A stretch of DNA of 64,000 bases from an uncultured Bdellovibrionales bacterium (GTDB lineage: Bacteria > Bdellovibrionota_C > UBA2361 > CAYQVO01). A model generated the notes under the pieces. The model saw only the letters and a program-made list of their open reading frames with translations, made no database searches and was not told the DNA's origin. The DNA is taken from NCBI GenBank assembly GCA_964421085.1, contig CAYQVO010000003.1, positions 52,424 to 116,423 on the forward strand, written 5' to 3'. The translations under genes and the position numbers were made by a program. How positions within the stretch are numbered: position 1 is the first letter of the stretch; each line of letters starts with the position of its first letter. Of the stretch, positions 56,172-64,000 are shown piece by piece.

Positions 56172-58424
56172 ATGACAAAAAACGAGCCGGGCCCCGGGAG
56201 GGCCCCTGTTGTTGCGCGCGGCCGTTGCTGGCTCGGCCCGATTATCATACTTCTCGCTCTCTCCATTTATAAATCCTGGATGATGGGAGGCATCAGCCTC
56301 AGGTCTGCATACTTTTTGAAACTCGATCTTCCGCTTATCGGGCTTTTCGGGACTCTCTGCCTTCTTGCCGGCGTACTGCGTCCCAGGATTCTCCGCCTGC
56401 CCATTCATCTCATAATCATGGCAACGCTTCTAGTGTTTGCGACACATGTGGTGAGTCTCATACTCTTCGATCAGAATCTCACCGTCCAGAATGTTGTCGA
56501 CTTCGCCCCCGAATGGAAGTGGGATCTTACGTTCGTCAAATGGTTTCACGTTCTCATCTTTCTCGGGGCGCTGGCTGTTTACTTTATCAGAACCTGGATT
56601 TCGCGGCTCACTGCGAACATTCTCCTTTTTTTATCGCCGATAATCATCGCGGCCGGACTCTGGCCCCTCCCTGATGTCCCGGAGAATATGGCGAAATACA
56701 TGTATGACGCCCGTGATCTGCGGGCGCTTTTCACACCAAAGGTTAAATGCCGCGCCTCTTTCACTCCCAATGAAGTTGAAGCTGCGGAAACGGAAGTATC
56801 GAAATCTTCTGAGATCAAAATCGGCGCGCCCCGCCCCAACGTCATACTCGTTATCGTGGAATCGCTTTCGGCGGTTGATTCCGCCCGAATCTCAGGATTC
56901 CGGAACATTCTTCCGAGACTCGATCGCATCTCTGAAAACGGAATCCTTTTCACCAACTTCTTTGCCAACTACTATCAGACAAACGGCGCCTTCGTCGCCC
57001 TTTTGAATCAGACCGCTCCAATTCCATTTCCCGAATCGAAAGTCCCGATGCTCAGCGCCTTCAGCACCCAGCAGTCAGTGCCGCGCGAGCTCAAGAAACA
57101 GGGCTATCATACTGAGATGCTTCTTAACGGACCGCTGTGGTTCGAAAACGTCCGCAACTACGGGCCCCGCATCGGGTTCGATGCTGTCGAGGGCTATGAT
57201 GAAATAGAGCGTTACCGCGACAAACCGACATTCACATGCGGGGTTCCGGGCGATGAATGGCTCTTTGAGGAAGCTGTCGAGCGGGCCCGGAGATATGCGG
57301 ATACAAAAGCCCCTTACTTTCTGACTCTTCTTACCACCAGCAGCCATGTGCCGTACGTCGATCCATTAAAGCGGGGCAATACCGAGGAAAACGTATTCGA
57401 TTACGTCGATCGGAAGCTCGAGAGTCTTTATCAGCACCTTGACGAAGTGCGCTTCTTCGAAAAGGGTGTGCTGATGATCGTCGGCGATCACAGAAAGCCG
57501 AAAGCTGTGGGCCCGCGGGAATGGGAGAAGTGGGGAGAGACGGCGAAAGCAAGAGTGCCCCTTGTTGTGACAGGCGCGGGCATTCCAAAGGGTGTGGTTG
57601 ACACCCGGTTTTTCCAGCAGGCCGATCTTTTCCGGCACTTTAATGACATGAAAGATCTCTCGAAACCTCTCTCTTCATACGCCGTTTTTGTGGATCACTA
57701 CTCCCGGCTTGTGTGGCAGGATTCGCCAAAGGGAAATCTCGTCATCTACCGGCAGGCCGAAGACGGAAACTTCGAAAACTACAAAGCTGTTGTGAACGGA
57801 ACGTGCTTCACATGGACAGGCAGCAGACCGAAAGACTTCGAGAAGATTGAACGCACAATTCAGGTCGAGCGCGCGAAGCATCAGGGTACCTATGTCAACG
57901 CACCTGTTACCTGCGATGTTAAGATAGATCCTCGGACGAGATTTTCCAGGACTGACCACGGGATTGAAGCGAGGCTTTTCGAAGGGAAGAATATGAACGG
58001 CTTTCTTGATGCTTCTTCGAGCCGTTTCCTCGGAAAAAAAACCGTTCAGAGCGTGGATTTCGAGAATTTTGATTTCATCACTCTGCAAAAACCAGGTGAG
58101 TTCTCTGCCGAGTTCCTCGGCGCCCTCACCGTGCCTGAAACGGGAATGTACTGGTTCAATGTCGAATCCGCAGATGGAGTTTGTCTCTCCATCGATCACA
58201 AAAAAATCATCGATGCCGGCGACGATAAACCAGTCGGCGATATAGCAGGCCATGCTCTTCTTGCTAAAGGCCGGCATGTGTTTGTACTCCGCTCAAACGG
58301 CGGGAACGGCAGAGTGAAGCTTACATGGATTGAGCGGCCCGACAGAGAATTCTGGAAACGTTCCGAGAAAAAGCAGTGGCGGCCTGTGCCTGAAGGGGCG
58401 TTCTTCGTGCCGACTGCGCCATAA
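56172..58424 (+). CDS. Membrane LTA-synthase / sulfatase-family protein with a C-terminal PA14-like domain
   Basis: The N-terminal TM region is followed by a sulfatase domain (NVILVIVESLSAVDS, MIVGDHRKPK). The C-terminal ~130 aa (FDFITLQKPGEFSAEFLGALTVPETGMYWFNVESADGVCLSIDHKKIID) have a PA14/GLEYA-like pattern. The track start at 56040 is a TTG; the first in-frame ATG is 56172. Confidence 0.6.
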   Translation: MTKNEPGPGRAPVVARGRCWLGPIIILLALSIYKSWMMGGISLRSAYFLKLDLPLIGLFGTLCLLAGVLRPRILRLPIHLIIMATLLVFATHVVSLILFDQNLTVQNVVDFAPEWKWDLTFVKWFHVLIFLGALAVYFIRTWISRLTANILLFLSPIIIAAGLWPLPDVPENMAKYMYDARDLRALFTPKVKCRASFTPNEVEAAETEVSKSSEIKIGAPRPNVILVIVESLSAVDSARISGFRNILPRLDRISENGILFTNFFANYYQTNGAFVALLNQTAPIPFPESKVPMLSAFSTQQSVPRELKKQGYHTEMLLNGPLWFENVRNYGPRIGFDAVEGYDEIERYRDKPTFTCGVPGDEWLFEEAVERARRYADTKAPYFLTLLTTSSHVPYVDPLKRGNTEENVFDYVDRKLESLYQHLDEVRFFEKGVLMIVGDHRKPKAVGPREWEKWGETAKARVPLVVTGAGIPKGVVDTRFFQQADLFRHFNDMKDLSKPLSSYAVFVDHYSRLVWQDSPKGNLVIYRQAEDGNFENYKAVVNGTCFTWTGSRPKDFEKIERTIQVERAKHQGTYVNAPVTCDVKIDPRTRFSRTDHGIEARLFEGKNMNGFLDASSSRFLGKKTVQSVDFENFDFITLQKPGEFSAEFLGALTVPETGMYWFNVESADGVCLSIDHKKIIDAGDDKPVGDIAGHALLAKGRHVFVLRSNGGNGRVKLTWIERPDREFWKRSEKKQWRPVPEGAFFVPTAP

Positions 58425-58474
58425 AAAGGGGACGGTTCCTATTTTCGCGGCGAAAATAGGAACCGTCCCCTTTC
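58423..58474. terminator. Bidirectional intrinsic terminator: a 21-bp perfect inverted repeat exactly filling the convergent gap between the PA14 protein and arnT
   Basis: AAAAAGGGGACGGTTCCTATTTTCGC-G-GCGAAAATAGGAACCGTCCCCTTTC. The outer 12 bp of the stem (GGGGACGGTTCC) are identical to the terminator at 27011..27064. Confidence 0.65.
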
Positions 58475-60117
58475 TAATAAACCGCCAGTGTATAATTCGC
58501 ATCCCCCTCCTTTCTCTTCGGCTGGGGCAGACCCTGCCCGAATTCTCTCAGCGTCTTTGTATGAATCAGAAGAGTCACGGGCTGTGTCCGAAGGGGATCT
58601 TCAATGAGAGACTTCAGCCGCTCTGCCGAAAACATTCTCGAGGGCTCGAACTGAAGACCGTAATCGAGCTCCCCCTGCTTGCCGAACAGATACACGTCCG
58701 ACCTCTTAAAGTTCCAGCATACAGCATGGAGAAGCCTCTCGTTAGTCACGAGGAACGAGTCCGCTGAAATGTCGCCCGCGTGCCGACTGAAGAAATATTC
58801 AGGAGTATGCGCCCCTTTCACGTGCTCGGGAACGGCGAAGTGCACGACCAGGAAGACAAAAACAGGGGAAAGTGCGGTCATTATCATCTGTCTGGAGCAG
58901 GTGCCTGCACGGGCTGCAGAAATGCAAAGCGTTCCAAAGGCTGCGAAACCGGCGGACAGAAGGGCCATCTTCCACCATTCGGCCGGAATAAACAGGACCT
59001 GATTCGCAAAGTGAGCGAAAAAATCGACGGGAAGCGCGACTGCGACGAGCAGGAACAACACACCCGGTATCAAGAGCCCGATTTTGACTCCCCGGTTCCT
59101 CTCTCCCGTTTCAATATACTTCGATATCCCGGCGCCGATAAAAACACTCAGCGGCGCAAAGCATGGAAGAATATAAGTCTGAAGTTTTCCCTGCGCGATA
59201 GAAAGAAGAAGGAAAGGGAACACGAACCAGCAGAGAGCAAAACGGTAAAGGGGCTGAACCGGAAGCGATAACCGGCCCTTCATCAGTCCAGGCGCAACGA
59301 AGCTCCAGGGAAGAGCGCCAAGTATGAGAATGGGAAGGTAGAACCAGAAAGGTTTTGCGTGCTGAGCTTTCGAGGAAGACGCAAACCTCTGCACATGCTC
59401 TTCCCAGAAGAAGTAATTCCAGTAATCCCCTTCGAGCGAATGAATAAGAAGCGCCCACGGCAGCACAACAACGAGCATGGCAATCAGCGGAATCCAGGAG
59501 TACTTCAGGAATTCAAGCAGCTTTTTTCGCCACAGAAGGTACGGAAGCAGAGCAACTCCAGGAACTGCAAAGGCGAGAAATCCTTTCGTAAGAAAAGCGC
59601 AGCCTGCCGCCGCGCCGCACGCGGCGTATCTCAAGCACCGTTCCCGTCCTTCCGCTTCCGACGCAAGGAAAAACAAGACCATCGTCGCGGTCAGAAAAAA
59701 AGAAAATGGCCCGTCAAGAACGGTGAACACGCCGGTCATAAAAACCTGCGCAAAGGTCAGAAAGACGACGGGCGGAATAAAGGAATCTCTTCCCCGGATT
59801 CCCGAGTTCGACAGAAGATACAAAACAAGAAGCGCTGAAAATCCGGCGGCAAGAGCGGACGGAAGCCGCGCGGCAAACATGTTCTGCCCGAAGACCAGCA
59901 TCGAGGACGCGCCCAGCCAGTAGCCAAGCACCGGTTTTTCGAAGTAACGAAGACCGTCAAGTCTCGGTGTTATCCAGTTGCCCGATGCGAGCATTTCCCT
60001 CGGAATCTCCGCATATCGGGATTCATCCGGAATTACCATCGGACGCGCGCCAAGAGGCAGAATGTATAAAAGAACGAAGAGCCCGATTACAAGCAGGCTG
60101 GAACGGTTGCTTTTCAT
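58474..60117 (-). CDS. arnT: Undecaprenyl-phosphate-L-Ara4N : lipid A arabinosyltransferase (GT83 / PMT family)
   Basis: The N-terminal loop motif PDESRYAEIPREM and about 12 TM helices. Its start overlaps the arnD stop (ATGA). Confidence 0.7.
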   Translation of the reverse strand: MKSNRSSLLVIGLFVLLYILPLGARPMVIPDESRYAEIPREMLASGNWITPRLDGLRYFEKPVLGYWLGASSMLVFGQNMFAARLPSALAAGFSALLVLYLLSNSGIRGRDSFIPPVVFLTFAQVFMTGVFTVLDGPFSFFLTATMVLFFLASEAEGRERCLRYAACGAAAGCAFLTKGFLAFAVPGVALLPYLLWRKKLLEFLKYSWIPLIAMLVVVLPWALLIHSLEGDYWNYFFWEEHVQRFASSSKAQHAKPFWFYLPILILGALPWSFVAPGLMKGRLSLPVQPLYRFALCWFVFPFLLLSIAQGKLQTYILPCFAPLSVFIGAGISKYIETGERNRGVKIGLLIPGVLFLLVAVALPVDFFAHFANQVLFIPAEWWKMALLSAGFAAFGTLCISAARAGTCSRQMIMTALSPVFVFLVVHFAVPEHVKGAHTPEYFFSRHAGDISADSFLVTNERLLHAVCWNFKRSDVYLFGKQGELDYGLQFEPSRMFSAERLKSLIEDPLRTQPVTLLIHTKTLREFGQGLPQPKRKEGDANYTLAVY

Positions 60118-61013
60118 GATTCTCCCGGAAACTCCTGAACAGCCACAACCCCCTCTCTCCCGGGAATTTCCCTCTGAACAATCCGGCTCGACGGCAGAGC
60201 CTTCCCGTCGGCGATAAACGCCGAGAGAGGAACAAACGAAATCTCCCGCTCCCGGCTTTTCTTCAAAAAATCATCAAAAAGATCCAGGCATGCGATCCCT
60301 TCAGCTTCAGCGTGCATCGTGAGGATATTTAAAGCATCCGGACGCATCCGGGACAGGACGAAATCGTTGTAGTTTTCCGCGGAAACGCCGTCATTTCCTA
60401 TGACTTCATCATATGTGGGAATCGTGGATGGAATCTGGGGCTGAAACGTTCTTCCATCGTCGCTCACGGGCAGGAAAACGGAATCCCCCCGGCAGTCGCT
60501 GTTATATCGGAAGGGGAATTTCGCCTTTTCGGCAAGCATTCTGTCATCTGCCTTCCAGCCCGGGGCAGCCGAACATGACGGGAACTCTCCAAGCAGATCT
60601 CCAAGCTCCTCAGCTCCCGTTTTCAACGACTCGAAAATCAGCGCCGGCGTCCATTCCTCCATGTGGGCCTGCCATGCGTAGTGATCCCATGCGTGAAGCC
60701 CCGCCTCGTGGCCTGCATTTTTCGTGTCTTTGATTATTTTCCCAAGACGCTTGCCGATTAACGGCCCCCTTCCGAGAGTTCCTTTGAAAATAATATCCCA
60801 CCCATAAAGGCTTACTGCCCTGCTTCGAAGCATCTTGATGAAAAATGCCGGTTTGAGAAGACGGAAGATGTGCCTTCCCATATTGTCGGGGCCGACAGAA
60901 AAGAAAAAAGTCGACGAAACGGAATATTTGTCGAACAGCCGGAGCAGATTCGGGACCCCGTCCCTCGTACCCCGGAAGGTGTCGACATCTATTCTCATGC
61001 CGGCCGTGATCAA
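60114..61013 (-). CDS. arnD: 4-Deoxy-4-formamido-L-arabinose-phosphoundecaprenol deformylase (polysaccharide deacetylase family)
   Basis: [27 protein letters not shown] aligns with the E. coli ArnD N-terminus ([24 protein letters not shown]). TTG start with an AAGGAG Shine-Dalgarno sequence. Confidence 0.8.
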   Translation of the reverse strand: [299 protein letters not shown]

Positions 61014-61037
61014 TCTCCTCTCCTTCGATATGCCCGT

Positions 61038-63029
61038 TCAGGCGGTATACCCGGATGATATCGCCTGCCTCAGGAAGAAATCCAGAGTCTGCTCCACGGA
61101 GTCTTTGAGACCGACTGTCGGCGTCCAGTCGAGATAACGCTTCGCGTTCCGAATGCTCGGCCTCCGATGCTGCACATCCTGATATCCCCGCCCGTAATAC
61201 GAACCGCTCTCGACTTCCTTTATCCCTGCGAATGGAGGGAATTTACTCCTCAGCGGATGCCTGTCGTAAATATCGAGCAGCAGTTCAGCCAGCTCCCTGA
61301 TGCTCGCTTCGTTATCGGGATTTCCGATATTGAAGATCCTGCCGCTGCACAATCCGTCCCGGTTTTCTATGATCCTGAAAAGACCCTCGATGCCGTCGGA
61401 GAGATCGGTGAAGCATCGCTTCTGCAGACCGCCATCTATGAGCTGAATCGGCGTCCCTTCGACCAGGTTCAGTATGAGCTGAGTGATCGCCCTTGAACTT
61501 CCGATTCGCGCGGATGAAAGACTGTCCAGTTTGGGGCCGATCCAGTTGAACGGCCTGAACAGAGTAAAGTCCAGCCCTTCCTTGTCTCCATAAGCCCAGA
61601 TGACCCGGTCAAGGAGCTGCTTGCTGCACGAATATATCCAGCGCTGCATCCGGATGGGACCCGTAATCAACCTCGAGTCATCCTCATCGAACTCCTCCTC
61701 GTCGCACATGCCGTAAACTTCGGAGGTCGACGGAAAAATGATCCGCTTCCCGTATTTTGCGCAGTACCGCACCACCCTCAGGTTCTCTTCGAAATCAAGT
61801 TCGAACACCTTCAGCGGATTCCGCGTATACTCAATCGGTGTTGCAATCGCGACAAGCGGCAGGACTATGTCGCACCTCTTGATGTGATATTCAATCCATT
61901 CCCTGTGAACCGAGATATCACCTTCGAAGAAATAAAAATCCCCGCGCCCCCTGAGGTCGTCGAGGTAATTCGAGCGAAGGTCCATCCCGTGAACTTCATA
62001 CCTGCCTGTCTCGAGGAGCCGCTCCGCAAGCGCATTTCCAATAAACCCGTTCACTCCAAGTATCAGAATGCTCTTTTTCCGGGCGGCATCCACCTTTGCG
62101 CTGAACCTTCCACCAAGGGTCATTCCCTCAACGATATTGAGTTCCGATGCAAGCTGAGTCCCCGTTACGCAGACACCTTCTTCCGTCTGCCCCTGTTCTA
62201 TCTGCACAGCGCCTTTGCCGCAGGCGACAACAAAGGGGTTAAGAGAAATTATCGTGCCGGGATTCTTTCCGGATGGATGCCGGGGAATATCGACCACAGC
62301 CCATAACGTGCATTTCTTCTCTCCCCGGAAAGAAAAGGCGCCTGAATAAGGAGAAGTCATCGCCCTCACGAGATTCCAGATTTCTGTTGAAGACCGGGTC
62401 CAGTCGATCTCTCCACATTCCGCCTTAATCTCGCCGTAAAAGGTCGCGGCGGAATAATCCTGCTCCCTTCTCGGCGCCTTTCCCGATTTTATAAGGGGCA
62501 GATTTTTCCTCAGCATTCCCGCAGCCGTCTCAGTCGCCTTGTCCACCAGCGTCCTTGCGGTGTCCTGCGGAGTGATGCTGATTACTTCCTGCGCGATAAT
62601 ATCTCCATCTTCAGGACTGGGAGTCATGTAATGAAGCGTCACGCCCGTTTCATTCTCCCCGTTCATCAGCGCCCGGCCCAGACTGCACTTTCCGCGGTAG
62701 CGCGGAAGAAGCGAATCATGAACATTGACTGCGCCGAGCTTTGGTATGTCCAGTATTCTGCTCCCCACCATGTTTTTGTACTGAAAGGAGAACATTATGT
62801 CCGGTTTCATCTCCTCAATCCGCTTCACCCAGATCGGATGGTTGATATCGTCAGGAGCAAAAGTCGGGATTCCCAGAGACGCCGAAAGCTCTGCCGCGGA
62901 CCTGAACCAGATCTTTTCTCCCGGATCGTTCCGGTGCGTAAAAACAGCCGCAATCTCAAATCCCGCTTCACGGAGCGATTCAATACCGGTGCAGCCCATA
63001 TTATGCCAGGCAAGAACAACAGCTTTCAT
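61038..63029 (-). CDS. arnA: Bifunctional UDP-L-Ara4N formyltransferase / UDP-glucuronate C-4'' decarboxylase
   Basis: 663 aa, colinear with E. coli ArnA. Formyltransferase part: [16 protein letters not shown] decarboxylase part: [36 protein letters not shown]. Confidence 0.9.
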   Translation of the reverse strand: MKAVVLAWHNMGCTGIESLREAGFEIAAVFTHRNDPGEKIWFRSAAELSASLGIPTFAPDDINHPIWVKRIEEMKPDIMFSFQYKNMVGSRILDIPKLGAVNVHDSLLPRYRGKCSLGRALMNGENETGVTLHYMTPSPEDGDIIAQEVISITPQDTARTLVDKATETAAGMLRKNLPLIKSGKAPRREQDYSAATFYGEIKAECGEIDWTRSSTEIWNLVRAMTSPYSGAFSFRGEKKCTLWAVVDIPRHPSGKNPGTIISLNPFVVACGKGAVQIEQGQTEEGVCVTGTQLASELNIVEGMTLGGRFSAKVDAARKKSILILGVNGFIGNALAERLLETGRYEVHGMDLRSNYLDDLRGRGDFYFFEGDISVHREWIEYHIKRCDIVLPLVAIATPIEYTRNPLKVFELDFEENLRVVRYCAKYGKRIIFPSTSEVYGMCDEEEFDEDDSRLITGPIRMQRWIYSCSKQLLDRVIWAYGDKEGLDFTLFRPFNWIGPKLDSLSSARIGSSRAITQLILNLVEGTPIQLIDGGLQKRCFTDLSDGIEGLFRIIENRDGLCSGRIFNIGNPDNEASIRELAELLLDIYDRHPLRSKFPPFAGIKEVESGSYYGRGYQDVQHRRPSIRNAKRYLDWTPTVGLKDSVEQTLDFFLRQAISSGYTA

Positions 63030-63041
63030 AAACTCTCCTTT

Positions 63042-64000
63042 CTAAACCGCAATGCGGCAGGGCGTGTCGCCGAGACCTGCTCCTTCGATCCGCTCGATAA
63101 AATGACGGGGTCTTGCCCGCACATCGTTGTAAATCCGTCCGATATATTCTCCAAGCAGCCCCATCCCCATGAACTGAGCGCCGATAAACACAAAGAGCAC
63201 GGCAAAAAGAGTAAAGACGCCGGACGCTGCCCATTCCGCGCCGTAAAGGACGCGCATCACCATCAGAAAAACTCCGAAGCCCGTTCCCGACAGGGCAATC
63301 AGGGCGCCAACTATGCTCAGAAGACGGAGCGGGAAAGTCGTCATGTTAGTGAGAAGGTCGAACTGGAGGTTGATCAGCTTCCAGACGCTGTATTTGGATC
63401 CTCCCTCAGCTCTCGCATTGTGTCCGACCTCGATCTCGGCAGTACGACGGGCAAAACTGTTGGCAAGAACGGGGATAAACGTACTGTGCTCGCTGCACTG
63501 CAGCATGGCTTCGACCACATGCTTTCTGTACGCGCGCAGCATGCAGCCGTAGTCGCGCATTCTTACTCCCGTGGCCCTCTGCGCCGCTTTGTTCACTATG
63601 AACGACGCTGTTCTGCGGAAGATTGAGTCCTGACGGTTCGCCCTTATGCTTGCGACCACATCGAACCCCTCCTCCGCGGTGCGGACCAGGTTGGGTATCT
63701 CTTCCGGCGGATTCTGAAGATCGGCGTCGAGTGTGACGACCACGTCTCCCTTTGCCTCCGCAAAACCTGCCATGACCGCCGCGTGCTGCCCGTAATTCCT
63801 GTTTAGAATCACGCCTTTTACATGTCCGTAATGGGCCTGCGCCCCCGCGGTGATGAGATCCGCCGAGGCATCTGCGCTTCCGTCGTCAACGAGAATTATC
63901 TCGTAAGGTTTCTGAAGCCTCTCGCACGCCGACACGCACCGCGAAACGAGCTGCTCAATATTCCTTTCTTCATTGAATACAGGAATAACGACCGATAGTG
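63042..64000 (-). CDS. arnC: Undecaprenyl-phosphate 4-deoxy-4-formamido-L-arabinose transferase (GT2); N-terminus lies beyond the window end
   Basis: [25 protein letters not shown] and [12 protein letters not shown] match ArnC. The reading frame stays open upstream of the track's GTG and reads ...[20 protein letters not shown] up to base 64000, so the true start is outside the window. Confidence 0.85.
   Translation of the reverse strand, partial: LSVVIPVFNEERNIEQLVSRCVSACERLQKPYEIILVDDGSADASADLITAGAQAHYGHVKGVILNRNYGQHAAVMAGFAEAKGDVVVTLDADLQNPPEEIPNLVRTAEEGFDVVASIRANRQDSIFRRTASFIVNKAAQRATGVRMRDYGCMLRAYRKHVVEAMLQCSEHSTFIPVLANSFARRTAEIEVGHNARAEGGSKYSVWKLINLQFDLLTNMTTFPLRLLSIVGALIALSGTGFGVFLMVMRVLYGAEWAASGVFTLFAVLFVFIGAQFMGMGLLGEYIGRIYNDVRARPRHFIERIEGAGLGDTPCRIAV

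Noticed and set aside
1-64000. CRISPR arrays, rRNA, tRNA and IS/transposase genes
   Set aside because: By eye there are no regularly spaced direct repeats, no rRNA- or tRNA-like conserved blocks, and no transposase- or integrase-like ORFs.

Overview
The window is 64 kb of a moderately high-GC bacterial chromosome, apparently from a Gram-negative, probably anaerobic organism. The Gram-negative call rests on OMP β-barrel, KdsB and arn lipid-A-modification genes. The anaerobic call rests on nrfHA, PFOR and LarBCE. Coding density is high, and the six-frame track shows many long antisense ORFs that are GC artefacts. The track reports GTG/TTG starts as M, so several starts were moved to internal ATGs with better Shine-Dalgarno sequences.

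Gene content in order:
- A truncated class A PBP (GT51 domain), a nitroreductase, a Tat-secreted PL1 pectate lyase, glgP.
- A divergent vsr / dcm pair whose MTase carries a fused N-terminal HTH.
- A GT4 glycosyltransferase.
- An ABC-2 / GldG-like / DUF4340 exporter operon ending in a hemerythrin.
- An amidohydrolase.
- A roughly 5 kb block of three compositionally atypical, unassignable genes around an AT-rich divergent promoter (15.5–20.7 kb).
- A membrane sulfatase / LTA-synthase-family protein, purL, an OMP β-barrel, and small envelope proteins.
- A FliA-like sigma factor, proBA, and a TMEM43-like membrane protein.
- A co-directional operon of an RNase D-like 3'-5' exonuclease, a Hef/FANCM-like SF2 helicase and RecJ (33.9–39.6 kb).
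- A hybrid histidine kinase with nrfH and nrfA.
- larC, larB and larE without larA.
- kdsB, a histidine phosphatase, coaD, a Hanks-type Ser/Thr kinase, and PFOR with a DHOD-like partner.
- A PA14-fused LTA-synthase-like protein convergent with arnT-arnD-arnA-arnC; arnC runs off the window end.

I saw no rRNA, tRNA, CRISPR array, transposase or integrase.

Non-coding points of note:
- A 21-nt perfect direct repeat, extending to about 31 nt with mismatches, at 7457 and 14520 brackets a 7 kb gene block.
- Two sites (27011 and 58423) carry near-identical 21-bp perfect-stem palindromic terminators that differ by compensatory changes.

The strongest candidates for something undescribed are the 15.5–20.7 kb hypothetical island and the exonuclease–helicase–RecJ operon.
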